The notes beneath the pieces were generated by a model, which saw only the letters and a program-made list of their open reading frames with translations, searched no databases and was not told the DNA's origin. The position numbers and the translations under genes are program-made. Shown piece by piece: positions 29,944 through 39,717 of a stretch of DNA of 64,000 nt (within the stretch, counting starts at the first letter, position 1; every line of letters starts with the position of its first letter). Source of the DNA: Longimicrobiales bacterium (GTDB taxonomy: Bacteria > Gemmatimonadota > Gemmatimonadetes > Longimicrobiales > Gaopeijiaceae); the NCBI GenBank assembly GCA_965238005.1, contig OZ250165.1, positions 4,064,001-4,128,000 on the forward strand, in the 5' to 3' direction.

Positions 29944-30106
29944 GCGATGACTCGGGGGGACTCGATCTCAGAGCCCCGGGACAAAGGTTACCGACGCGTC
30001 GGAGCCGCCGCCCGAAGGCGGTCGATCGTAAACCTGGAAAGGTAACGGAAGGGCCCCATCCTCGGACCGGGAGACACTCCCGATGAAGCGGGCCCCCACC
30101 GCCCAG

Positions 30107-31084
30107 TCAGTCTCCCAGCACGTGTGAAAAGATTAGGGGAGCCACGATGGAGGCGTCGGACTGTATGTGGAAGCGCGGCGTCTCGGTGGCCAGCTTGCCC
30201 CATGTGATCTTCTCGTTCGGAAGAGCACCGGAGTAGCCGCCGTACGAAGCCGGAGCATCGGTGATCTGGGCAAAGTATCCCCAGAAGGGGGTCTCTCGGT
30301 TCAGATCCTGGAGGATGCATGGCACCGCGCAGATCGCGAAGTCACCGGCGATGCCTCCTCCGATCTGAAAGAAGCCCACCGAAGGTCTCCCCTCGCCCAT
30401 TCCATTGCTCGCGAGATACCACTCCAGAAGGTGCTGGAACTGCTCCGTCCCCGACTTCACGCAGTGATGGTGGGGGACTACGCCCATCATGACGTTGGCC
30501 GCGAAAATGTTTCCCGTGGTCGAGTCCTCCCAGCCGGGGGCGTAGACCGGAATCCCCATCTCCATAGCCGCCAGCACCCACGAGTCCGCCGGGTCGATCT
30601 GGTAGCGTTCCTCCAGGGCACCACCCCGCAGGATCTCGAACAGGAACTCCGATGGGAATCGCCGCTCGTCGGACTCGCACGCCCTCTTCCACTCCTCGGC
30701 AAGGCGGCCCTCCACGTGGCGCATGACGTCCTCGGGAATGCACGTATCGGTGACGCGGTTCATCCCTCTGCGGTAGAGACCGGCCTCATCCTCCACACTC
30801 AACGCACGCCAGTCCGGGATGATCTCATACTCGTGATGGGCCAGGAGATTGAAGACGTCCTCCTCCAGGTTGGCGCCCGTGCACGAGATGGCGTGAACCT
30901 TCCCGTCGCGAATCATGCGGGCGAGGCTCACGCCTAGCTCGCCGGTGGACATGGCCCCCGCCAACGCCACCAGCATCCTCCCACCGGCGCCCACATGGGC
31001 ATCGTACGCCACGGCCGCCGCAAGAGTCTCCCGGGCGTTGAAGTGCCGGTAGTGACGTGTCATGAACTGTCGGATATGACCCAT
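30107..31084 (-). CDS. Deoxyhypusine synthase family (homospermidine synthesis-like)
   Basis: AGAMST, TGANLEED, IGGG, YSGA.PNEKITWGK. Confidence 0.92.
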   Translation of the reverse strand: MGHIRQFMTRHYRHFNARETLAAAVAYDAHVGAGGRMLVALAGAMSTGELGVSLARMIRDGKVHAISCTGANLEEDVFNLLAHHEYEIIPDWRALSVEDEAGLYRRGMNRVTDTCIPEDVMRHVEGRLAEEWKRACESDERRFPSEFLFEILRGGALEERYQIDPADSWVLAAMEMGIPVYAPGWEDSTTGNIFAANVMMGVVPHHHCVKSGTEQFQHLLEWYLASNGMGEGRPSVGFFQIGGGIAGDFAICAVPCILQDLNRETPFWGYFAQITDAPASYGGYSGALPNEKITWGKLATETPRFHIQSDASIVAPLIFSHVLGD

Positions 31085-31185
31085 GCGTAGTTCTCCGCTA
31101 CGGCTGCATAAGATTTCCTGGACTCATGTCCGGTGAAGCTTGTATCCTTGAGATACATTCGAATGATCCCCAGAGGGACCCACCC

Positions 31186-31818
31186 GTGCTCGCACTCATC
31201 TCCGTTGTAGGAATCCTCACCATGCTCTTGGTGGTCACGAGCTCCGTGGGGTACCTCGTGTTGCAGCGTGGACGCATGTGTCCACGCTGCGGTGGCTACA
31301 CCACCCCCATCGTGCTGCGCAGGATGTTGCGCGTCCTTTCACGATGGGTCCAATGGCGCTGGTGCTCCCGGTGCGGGTGGGAGGGCCCAGGCAGAACGGG
31401 CCCGGAGCTGGGCATCCTCGACCCGCCGTTCGACCATGAATCCGGCTTCCGATGGGGTCACCCCAACCTCCAGGGCGTGCCGGTCTTCTACTGGAGAGAC
31501 GAGACCGAGACAGCGGAGACCTCCGACACCCCGTCGGCCCATCCTTCCGGGTTCGACTGGGTCCCGGACGAGTGGGAGGGCACCGACCGACGGGTGGTCG
31601 AGCGCCGTCAAGCCCGGCAGGGCGATCACCCGTCAGGATTTTATTTTCGGGCCTCGCAGGAGTTCGACCCGCCCCGCTTCCAGTGGGCACCGAACAAGCG
31701 GTCGGCTGGCGAGGACGCCGAAGTGCCGTCCCGCCCCCCTTCCGAGCGACCCTGGTATCTTGCCTGGTTCGTCTCCAAGGAGCCGCCGGGCTTTCAGTGG
31801 AAGGCTCCAGGGGACTAG
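31186..31818 (+). CDS. Hypothetical membrane-anchored zinc-ribbon protein with repeated (H/P)PSGFxW-like motifs
   Basis: N-terminal TM helix, CPRC...CSRC, repeat-bearing tail; ORF open from 31126. Confidence 0.7.
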   Translation: MLALISVVGILTMLLVVTSSVGYLVLQRGRMCPRCGGYTTPIVLRRMLRVLSRWVQWRWCSRCGWEGPGRTGPELGILDPPFDHESGFRWGHPNLQGVPVFYWRDETETAETSDTPSAHPSGFDWVPDEWEGTDRRVVERRQARQGDHPSGFYFRASQEFDPPRFQWAPNKRSAGEDAEVPSRPPSERPWYLAWFVSKEPPGFQWKAPGD

Positions 31819-31836
31819 AAAATCGCCAGTAAGCTC

Positions 31837-32505
31837 CTAGCGCCTCTTCATGACACGTCCGGGCATCAACCCCGTGACCTCCCCATGGGATCCGATCGGC
31901 TCCGCCCCGGCGAGCCAGATTCCTGACCATCTCCTCACGAATCCTGGCCATGGTCTCTGGACGATCGAACCGGGCCGTGAGCGAGTCCACTCCCCCCCGC
32001 TTGAGCCCACCGGGGGAGCAGGGTGGCCCCCAGGCCCGTAGCCGAGGCGGGATACGGGCATTGATCGCTGTACACCTCGACTCCCTCTTCGCGTGCCATC
32101 TCAATCCGCCGGACGATGGCGCCCCCGTAGCCCATACCGGGGGGCCCCAGAGCTTTGATGTGGGTGATCACCCCGGGAATGCCCGCCTGCTCGACAATCT
32201 CACCGGGCTCGGAATAGCTCCCTGGAGCGTGGAAGGTGCCGGACGACAGGCCGAAGGCCCCATCCTCCATGCCCTTTCGGACCGCACCCCACGGCGCCAC
32301 CGCCATCCGGGTTGATGATCACCGTCGTGAGACCCTGAGCCAGGAGAGGCTCGCCATGGCTCAGCCCGGCAGTGGCCAGCCCGGGACCCGCGTGGGAGTG
32401 CGAGTCGATGAAGCCCGGAGCCACGAACAACCCGGTGGCGTCGATCTCCCGGCGGCCCGACGCACCGGTCTTCATCTGGGAGCCGGAAGGCGGCGGGTAG
32501 CGCAA
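31837..32505 (-). pseudogene. N-acyl-D-amino acid deacylase (D-aminoacylase) remnant
   Basis: [41 protein letters not shown] in order over several frames. Confidence 0.8.
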
Positions 32506-32524
32506 GATGGCCGCGTGCCCGCCG

Positions 32525-32938
32525 CTAGTTCATCCGGTCAGCGCCGTCGGTGGTATAACCGGTGAGAGGTGCCTCGAGATCGAAGCGCGGAATGACGACC
32601 TCGAACTCCCGGCCGTCGGGACGCACGAACGTGTAATACCCCTCCATGAAGCCCGCAGGCGAGCTCAGGATACAGAAGCTCCGGTACTCGTGAGAGTTGC
32701 CGGGCTTCAATGTGGGCTGCTCGCCCACCACCCCTTCGCCGTCCACTTCCGAGTCCTCGCCCATGGCGTCATGGATGTGCCAGTGGCGAAAAAGGAGCGT
32801 CGCCGGCTCGTCACCCTGGTTCTCCATCTGCACGAGGTATGTGAAGACGAACCTTCCCTCATCGGGGTCGGAGTGGGGCAGGGAGAAGCTCGGTCGTACG
32901 GCCACGTGAATCCCTTGCGTGGTCTTCTCATAGCTCAT
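32525..32938 (-). CDS. apaG: ApaG protein
   Basis: [23 protein letters not shown]. Confidence 0.95.
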   Translation of the reverse strand: MSYEKTTQGIHVAVRPSFSLPHSDPDEGRFVFTYLVQMENQGDEPATLLFRHWHIHDAMGEDSEVDGEGVVGEQPTLKPGNSHEYRSFCILSSPAGFMEGYYTFVRPDGREFEVVIPRFDLEAPLTGYTTDGADRMN

Positions 32939-33067
32939 GAGAGCATCATAGGCCGAACGCCCTCATGGCGCCAACGACCCGGAGAGAGCCTGCGGACGGG
33001 ACGGGAGAGCGCCCGTCCCGAGGCCGCCCGGACTTTCCGCGCGTGTGGCGTTCGCCCATGTTTACGC

Positions 33068-33757
33068 ATGGAAGACCACTCCCCCAAGCCTCTCACTCGA
33101 TCGGTCGAGGACTACCTCAAGGCGGTCTACTCCCTCACCGAACGTGGTGAGGCCGCCTCCACCAGCTCCCTGGCCGAGGCCCTCGACGTCCAGCCCGCAT
33201 CAGTAACCGGGATGGTGAAGCGGCTGGCCGAGGGTGGGTACGTCGAGCACGCCCGTTATCGCGGAGTCCGGCTCACCGAAACGGGGACCCGTGAGGCGCT
33301 GAGGGTCATCCGGCGGCACCGCCTCCTGGAGACCTACCTGCACGTTCAACTGGGTTACTCATGGGATGACGTCCACGCCGAAGCCGAGCGCCTGGAGCAC
33401 GCGGCGTCCGAGGAGCTCATCGACCGCATGGCGGCCGCGCTGGAGTATCCCAGCCACGATCCTCACGGAGCCCCCATCCCGACCCGGGCCGGCGACGTCG
33501 AGGCCTCCAACTTCGCCACCCTCGACGAGGTGGATCTCGGAGCCACAGTCCAGATACGGGCCGTCCAGGACGAGGACCCGGAGCGCCTACGGTATATGGA
33601 GGCGTTGGGGTTGACCCCGGGGGCGCTGCTCACGGTGGTGGATCATGCCCCGTACGACGGCCCCCTTACGGTGGCTTTGGCGGATGTCCCGGGCACCGAA
33701 GTCATCGGATCCGATCTCGCAGCAGGGATCTTCGTCGCACCCGTTCCCGCCGAATAG
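33068..33757 (+). CDS. DtxR/MntR family metal-dependent regulator with FeoA domain
   Basis: EDYLKA, RRHRLLE, VHAEAERLEH, DPHGAPIP. Confidence 0.95.
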   Translation: MEDHSPKPLTRSVEDYLKAVYSLTERGEAASTSSLAEALDVQPASVTGMVKRLAEGGYVEHARYRGVRLTETGTREALRVIRRHRLLETYLHVQLGYSWDDVHAEAERLEHAASEELIDRMAAALEYPSHDPHGAPIPTRAGDVEASNFATLDEVDLGATVQIRAVQDEDPERLRYMEALGLTPGALLTVVDHAPYDGPLTVALADVPGTEVIGSDLAAGIFVAPVPAE

Positions 33758-33826
33758 GACACCGTCGACCCGTCCGCCTGTGCAAGCCCCCCCGACCGTC
33801 GGGCGCGGCATCCAGTGGGCCCACGC

Positions 33827-34921
33827 CTACACCGGTGTGATGATCGCCTTCGTCACCCTCAGTGCGGCGACGTCCTGCAGAGCCTGCCCGGCTTCCTGGA
33901 GGGTGTAGCGTCCTCCGATCACGGAGGCGAACGGTAGCCGTTCGCTGTGCCGGTCAAGAAGGCGAAGGGCACCCACGAGGTGGTGGAAGTCGGTGCCCCA
34001 CTGACCTTTGACGACGGCATGCTTACGGTTGATATCGATGTGTGGATTGAGGGCGATCTCCCCCGCATCGGTATAGTGTCCCGCCACGACGTACGTGCCC
34101 CCGTCGCGCAACAGCTCCAGGCCTTCGGGCACTGCCTGCGGGCTCCCCGACGCCTCTATAACCACGTCGGCCCCACGTCCCCCCGTGACGCCCCTCACCG
34201 CAACCACGCGCTCCGCCGTCGTCGTGGCGTCTAGATCCAGGGCCACGTCGGCTCCCAACGTTCGCCCCACCTCGAGGCGGGCCTCCGGAGCTCCGATGAG
34301 GATCACCTGCCCCGCTCCCCGCAGGTTGGCGAAGGCCGCCGCGGACAGCCCCACGGGGCCGCAGCCCTGGACGACAACGACGTCACCCATGGTCAGGTCG
34401 CTGCGGTCGATGGCGGCGAAGCCCGTGAAGAGACCGCATCCGCCGCCGATGACGTCGTCGGCACCGAGTCCGTCGGGCAGCTTGAGGACGCGGACGCCCG
34501 GCCGGAGGTAGATCCGTTCGGCCCAGCCACCAAAGGGCCCCTCCTCGGCTCCGTAGGTGATCCCGTAGACCTTGCGGTGGGGACAGCGATTAGGCTGGCG
34601 AACCACGAGGCAGTGATAGCAGGAGCCACAGACCTCGTGGACGTCCAGGAAGGTGACCACGTCACCCGGGGACAGGGGTTCACCGAGCGCATCCTTGTCC
34701 ACTCCCGGGGCCTCGAGGATGCGCCCCACGCTCACGTGCCCCGGGATGATCGGATAGGGCACGCCGGCTACGCGCCCATGGTGAAGGTGGACATCCGTTC
34801 CACACACCTCGCTGGCGATCGTCTCCAGGAGGACACCCCCTTCCTCGACCTCCGGGTCGGGGAGGGACCAGATCTCAATGGGTGCTTCAGGTGCCGTCAT
34901 GACGGCGGCTCGTATCGACAT
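33827..34921 (-). CDS. Zinc-binding alcohol dehydrogenase
   Basis: CGTD.H, GH, CGSCYHC..C, GCGPVG; ORF open to 34960. Confidence 0.9.
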   Translation of the reverse strand: MSIRAAVMTAPEAPIEIWSLPDPEVEEGGVLLETIASEVCGTDVHLHHGRVAGVPYPIIPGHVSVGRILEAPGVDKDALGEPLSPGDVVTFLDVHEVCGSCYHCLVVRQPNRCPHRKVYGITYGAEEGPFGGWAERIYLRPGVRVLKLPDGLGADDVIGGGCGLFTGFAAIDRSDLTMGDVVVVQGCGPVGLSAAAFANLRGAGQVILIGAPEARLEVGRTLGADVALDLDATTTAERVVAVRGVTGGRGADVVIEASGSPQAVPEGLELLRDGGTYVVAGHYTDAGEIALNPHIDINRKHAVVKGQWGTDFHHLVGALRLLDRHSERLPFASVIGGRYTLQEAGQALQDVAALRVTKAIITPV

Positions 34922-35051
34922 GTCCACTCGAGGTTGAGCGGGATCCGTGGAGAGCGTCATCCTCCCTCGCGGACTGACCGCGTGCTCGTTAGTGTCTCTC
35001 GTTCTCAGGCATTGACCCGGCAGCCAACATACACCCTAACGCAAACCCAAA

Positions 35052-36041
35052 TTGAACGAAGTTCTCGCACGGCTCCAAGAGTGGCCCCGGAGCTCATTCG
35101 TCAGGGAGCCCACACCCCTGCTGCAGGCACCGAACCTGGCCCGCGTCCTCGGAAGAGAGGCGTCCGACGTGCTCCTGAAGATGGACGCCGAGACCTCCTT
35201 CGGACTGGGAGGCAACAAGGCAAGGAAGCTGGAGTTCGAGCTGGCCCCACCACGTCTGGAGGGGGCGACGTGCGTCATCACATGTGGCGGCCCTCAGTCC
35301 AATCACTCCCGCCTGACCGCAGCGGCAGCGGCCCGCCTCGGCCTTCGATGCATCCTGGTCGTGAACGGTGACATTCCCGATCCTCCCACAGGGAACGCCT
35401 ATCTCCACAAGCTTTTCGGCGCCGAGATACACCCTGTCAACACCCGGGAGGAGCGCGATCCGGCCATGGCGGCGGTAGCCGCGGAGGTTGAGGCGCGCGG
35501 AGGCAAGGCCATCGTAATCCCCCTGGGTGCCTCGACTCCCCTGGGAGCCCTGGGCTACGTGCGGGCTGCCGCCGAGATCGTGGACCAATGGCAGGCGCTT
35601 CCGGCCACCGGAACGACATGGGTCTTCGTCTCGGCCTCCTCCTGTGGCACCTATGCGGGGCTCGCCCTGGGCTTCGCCTTGCTAGAGCGCACGGACGTGA
35701 GGTTGGTCGGCGTGAGCCCCGACGTCGAGACCGAGGAGATCCTGGATCTTACCGAGAAGCTGTGCCGGGGTGCCGCGGAGCTGCTCCGCACCTCCATCTC
35801 GCTGCCGCCGGATCTCCTGCTGCCCACTGAGGACTACGTCGGGCCGGGGTACGGTATCCCCACGGAAGCGTCGAACGAGGCCATGTCGCTCCTGGCCCGC
35901 ACCGAGGGAATCCTGCTGGACCCGGTCTACACGGCCAAGACTGCCGCCGCCATGCTCGACTCGGCCCGGACGGGGAGGGTGCCCTCGGGCGATCGCCTGG
36001 TACTCTGGCACACCGGGGGCTATCCCGCCGCCTTCGCGTGA
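35052..36041 (+). CDS. D-cysteine desulfhydrase / ACC deaminase family PLP enzyme
   Basis: GGNKARKLE, QSNH, LDPVYTAK, HTGG. Confidence 0.92.
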   Translation: MNEVLARLQEWPRSSFVREPTPLLQAPNLARVLGREASDVLLKMDAETSFGLGGNKARKLEFELAPPRLEGATCVITCGGPQSNHSRLTAAAAARLGLRCILVVNGDIPDPPTGNAYLHKLFGAEIHPVNTREERDPAMAAVAAEVEARGGKAIVIPLGASTPLGALGYVRAAAEIVDQWQALPATGTTWVFVSASSCGTYAGLALGFALLERTDVRLVGVSPDVETEEILDLTEKLCRGAAELLRTSISLPPDLLLPTEDYVGPGYGIPTEASNEAMSLLARTEGILLDPVYTAKTAAAMLDSARTGRVPSGDRLVLWHTGGYPAAFA

Positions 36042-36149
36042 TCGGAGCCCCCGTGATCGACCTCCGAGCGGGCTCGTAGCGCGCCTACCGGCCGCTCCTT
36101 ATCCTCGAACAGCCTTGAGGACATCCCCTTTCTACCTCCGTTTTCCCAT

Positions 36150-37079
36150 ATGGACGTAGTCGATCACCTTAGCCGCGTTCCGCTTTTCGAAGGGCTCGAG
36201 CCGGAAGCCCTCAAGAAGCTCGCGGGCCTTACGCGGACGGTCTCGTTCCCGACGGACGCCGGGATCGTGGAGATGGGTGAGTCGGGGCTCTCCCTCTTCG
36301 TCGTTCTCGAGGGGCAGGTGCGGGTTCTCTACCCGGCGAGAAGCTCCGATTTCGAGCTGGCCCGGCTGGGCCCTGGAGACTTTTTCGGCGAGATGGCCCT
36401 GCTCAACGACAAGCCTCGGAGCGCGACCGTTCAGGCCGTGGAAGACGTGGAGCTTCTGGTCCTGGAGCAGGAAGACTTCCGCGATGTCTTGCTCGAGGCG
36501 CCGTCGGTAGCCATCCAGCTTATCGAGAGCCTTTCGATTCGTATCCGCAGCGCCGACGAGCACATCAGCAGCCTCAGCGACAAGGCCATGCGCGACCCTC
36601 TCACCGGGCTCATGAACCGACGAGCCTACAGGGACCGCATCAAAGAGGAAGTGGATCGGGCCCTACGCTACGAGGAGCGCTTCTCCCTGATCCTTCTCGA
36701 CCTGGACCAGTTCAAGTCCATCAACGACACCTTCGGCCACGACGTGGGGGACGTGGTCCTCGGGTGGATCGGTCGGCTCCTGACCGAGCATACGCGCTCA
36801 GCCGACACGCCGTTCAGGATTGGCGGCGAGGAGTTTGCCATCCTGGCACCGAGCACGGAAGGCAGCGTCGCCCACAACGTCACGCAGCGCTTGGTGGAAG
36901 TGGTGGCCGAAGCCCGACCGCCCGTGGACTTCGAGCTGAGAGTCACGATGTCGGGTGGCTACGCCTGCTGCCCCGACCACACGGCTTCTCCCGAGGCACT
37001 GTTCACCTTGGCCGACAAAGCTCTGTTTCAGGCCAAGGCCGAAGGGCGTAACCGTGTCTGTCGGCCGGCGACGGACTGA
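36150..37079 (+). CDS. cNMP-binding domain diguanylate cyclase
   Basis: GDFFGEMALL..PRSATV; DLDQFKSINDTFGH, GGEEF. Confidence 0.93.
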   Translation: MDVVDHLSRVPLFEGLEPEALKKLAGLTRTVSFPTDAGIVEMGESGLSLFVVLEGQVRVLYPARSSDFELARLGPGDFFGEMALLNDKPRSATVQAVEDVELLVLEQEDFRDVLLEAPSVAIQLIESLSIRIRSADEHISSLSDKAMRDPLTGLMNRRAYRDRIKEEVDRALRYEERFSLILLDLDQFKSINDTFGHDVGDVVLGWIGRLLTEHTRSADTPFRIGGEEFAILAPSTEGSVAHNVTQRLVEVVAEARPPVDFELRVTMSGGYACCPDHTASPEALFTLADKALFQAKAEGRNRVCRPATD

Positions 37080-37080
37080 C

Positions 37081-37119
37081 GAAAAAGGTCCGGTCGGCCT
37101 AAGCGAACCAACCGGACCT
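37081..37119 (-). terminator. Intrinsic terminator
   Basis: Minus strand AGGTCCGGTTGG-loop-CCGACCGGACCT followed by a T run. Confidence 0.75.
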
Positions 37120-37337
37120 GGAGTCAGAACCTCCCCAGAACACCACCACCCCACGTCCTCACGACCACTGCGTCCGCACCGTACCACCGGAAAAGCCCCG
37201 ACACCTTCCGCACCGGCATCCCGATCCCATCCACTTTTCCCTACGTGTTGGATGCCAAAAGGGTTCAGTCGGTTGCATCCCCACCCGATGCCCACATCAC
37301 TATCTACACCGTTCGGAGCTCGGCATTACAGCAAGCT

Positions 37338-37745
37338 CTAGAGCGCCCGATACACTCCCACCCTAAGCGGCGGATCGATGCTGGAGTAGAAGTAGAGACG
37401 GTTCTCACCCTCCACCACGATGTTCTTCTGACGGGTCTTGGTCCTGGGGTAGTCGTTGCCCTGCTCGCTCTCGATGAAGAGGACCTGACTCTCTTCGAGG
37501 CTCTCATGGAGAACCGAGAGCTGGGCCAGCAGATCGTCCAGCATCACGGACTCGACCTCGTCCTGCACATCTCCCTCGGCCTGGGCAGTCAAGCCGTGCT
37601 CGGAAAGCTTCTCGTGAGCCTGAAAGAACTCGTCGCCCGGTGTGGACACCTGGTGATCACGCACGAACGCGATCTCGGTGAGGGCCTTGGAGTCGAAGTT
37701 CGTCTCGACGCTCTGCAAGTTGTTACCGTATCGGCGCAGTATCAT
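37338..37745 (-). CDS. Hypothetical protein (acidic)
   Basis: 135-aa ORF directly downstream of the DEAD-box gene. Confidence 0.8.
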   Translation of the reverse strand: MILRRYGNNLQSVETNFDSKALTEIAFVRDHQVSTPGDEFFQAHEKLSEHGLTAQAEGDVQDEVESVMLDDLLAQLSVLHESLEESQVLFIESEQGNDYPRTKTRQKNIVVEGENRLYFYSSIDPPLRVGVYRAL

Positions 37746-37808
37746 TCCCAGTCCTGGATCAGAGTTGTCCGGTCACGTCGGCTCGATCGCGGGACCGCCG
37801 GGCCGACT

Positions 37809-39089
37809 CTAGTACTCGAGGAGCTTCGCCAGCTCTTCCTCCGTGAGCTCGTCGGCGAGGCGAGATCCCATCCCGGTCGGCGAGCGGGAGTGCCGCCCTC
37901 GGGTAGGCGACGCGCTCGCCCCGGTCTGTGGCGTTCCCGCGTAGTCGAACTCGGGGAGGTGTATGCGCTCGAGCTCCCTGCCTATGTGATACGTGAGCGA
38001 CTTGAAGGCCCCCAGATCTCCGGCGGCCAGGAACGTCACGGCGGTACCGACGGCCCCGGCGCGGCCCGTGCGACCGATCCGGTGTACGTAGTCCTCCGGA
38101 TCCTGGGGCACATCGTAGTTGACCACGTGAGAGATGCCCTCTACGTCCAAGCCGCGCTGGGCGATGTCCGTGGCCACCAGGACCCGCACCTTCTTCTCGG
38201 CGAACCGCTCCAACGCCCTGGTCCGATGCACCATGCGGAGATTCGAGTGCAAGGCCTCCGTGCGAATGCCGTGACGGTCGAGACGCGTCTTGAGCGCGTC
38301 GGCCCCCGCCTTGGTTCTCGTGAAGACCAGGACCTGCTCCCAATCCGGATCCTCCAGAAGCCGCAGCAGCAGGTCCGGCTTCATCTCCGGCTTCACCGAG
38401 TACACCAGCTCGGTGATCCCCTCGGCCTTCGTTCCCGACGGAGCCACCTCGACCCAGACGGCCTCCCGGGTGATGCGAGAGGCCAGGTCGTGGACGCCGT
38501 GGGGCATGGTGGCCGAGAACAGCATAGTCTGCCGATCCCGGGGAGCCTCTCTCAGCACCCCCTCGATCTGAGGGCGAAAGCCCATGTCGAGCATGCGGTC
38601 CGCTTCGTCGAGGATCAACGTGCGCACCGCACCGAGCTTGACCCTGCCACGTCCCATGTGATCGAGAAAACGACCAGGCGTCGCAGTGATGACCTCCACG
38701 CCCTTCTGGAGAGCATCCAGCTGCGGGCCGTAACTGACCCCGCCGTAGATCGACGCCGACCGGATCTTCGTTCCTTTGGCCAGGGCCTCGGTGTCATCAG
38801 ACACCTGCTGGGCAAGCTCCCGGGTGGGGCATAGCACCAGGACTTGAAGTCCTCCACCCGCCTCGATCTTCCCCAGGCAGGGGATCATGAAGGCGCCGGT
38901 CTTTCCCGTACCGGTCTGGGCGATCCCCACGAGATCGTGCCCCTCGAGCCCCACCGGGATACCCTTCGTCTGAATGGGAGTCGGACGCTCCCACCCCAGG
39001 GACTCGATGGCGTCGCGCAATGCGTCCGATACACCCAGGGCCACGAAGGTCATGCCCTCAGGCGCTTCATCTCCGGTCTCGTCTTCCAC
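37809..39089 (-). CDS. DEAD-box RNA helicase
   Basis: PTPIQ, AQTGTGKT, PTRELA, DEAD, SAT, HRIGRTGR. Confidence 0.95.
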   Translation of the reverse strand: MEDETGDEAPEGMTFVALGVSDALRDAIESLGWERPTPIQTKGIPVGLEGHDLVGIAQTGTGKTGAFMIPCLGKIEAGGGLQVLVLCPTRELAQQVSDDTEALAKGTKIRSASIYGGVSYGPQLDALQKGVEVITATPGRFLDHMGRGRVKLGAVRTLILDEADRMLDMGFRPQIEGVLREAPRDRQTMLFSATMPHGVHDLASRITREAVWVEVAPSGTKAEGITELVYSVKPEMKPDLLLRLLEDPDWEQVLVFTRTKAGADALKTRLDRHGIRTEALHSNLRMVHRTRALERFAEKKVRVLVATDIAQRGLDVEGISHVVNYDVPQDPEDYVHRIGRTGRAGAVGTAVTFLAAGDLGAFKSLTYHIGRELERIHLPEFDYAGTPQTGASASPTRGRHSRSPTGMGSRLADELTEEELAKLLEY

Positions 39090-39222
39090 CAGGGTTCTTC
39101 TCGGGATGGGCCGGCAGGGACCACGACTCGGCATGAATGTGGGGTGCGGCTGGCTCGGGATCAGCCTATAAGTTTAGGGCAAAGGCCCGAGATTCAAAGA
39201 ATTCATACGCCACCGGTCTGCC

Positions 39223-39717
39223 ATGACGAGCACTCCCGAGATATCCGTTCTATTCGTCTGTCTGGGTAACATCTGCCGATCACCGCTGGCCGAGGGGGTC
39301 CTGGCCCACCGTCTGGAAGAGGCTGGCCTGTCCGATCAGGTCTATGTCGACTCCGCAGGCACGGGGGCCTGGCACGCGGGGCAGGCCCCGGACGCCCGGT
39401 CGGCGGCGGTGGCCGAGCGAAATGGAATCGAGCTCCGGGGCCGCGCCCGTCGCGTGCGCATCGAGGACTTCTTCGAGTTCGAGCTCGTCCTGGCCATGGA
39501 TCGCAGCAACCTCCAGGACCTGAAAGATCTCGAGTCCGGTAGCGGATCCGAGGCTGCCATCAGGCTCTTCCGGGAGTTCGACCCGGAGCAGGATGGCGAT
39601 CCCGACGTCCCGGATCCCTACTACGGGGGCCCCGACGGCTTCCAGCGGGTCTTGGAGATGGTCGATCGGACGTGCGCGGCCTTGGTGGATCATCTACGTC
39701 GCGAGCTCGCCTCGTGA
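39223..39717 (+). CDS. Low molecular weight protein-tyrosine phosphatase
   Basis: CLGNICRS, DPYYG. Confidence 0.95.
   Translation: MTSTPEISVLFVCLGNICRSPLAEGVLAHRLEEAGLSDQVYVDSAGTGAWHAGQAPDARSAAVAERNGIELRGRARRVRIEDFFEFELVLAMDRSNLQDLKDLESGSGSEAAIRLFREFDPEQDGDPDVPDPYYGGPDGFQRVLEMVDRTCAALVDHLRRELAS

Noticed and set aside
37240..37295. Sigma54 promoter for the candidate sRNA
   Set aside because: TGGCA is present but there is no correctly spaced TTGC
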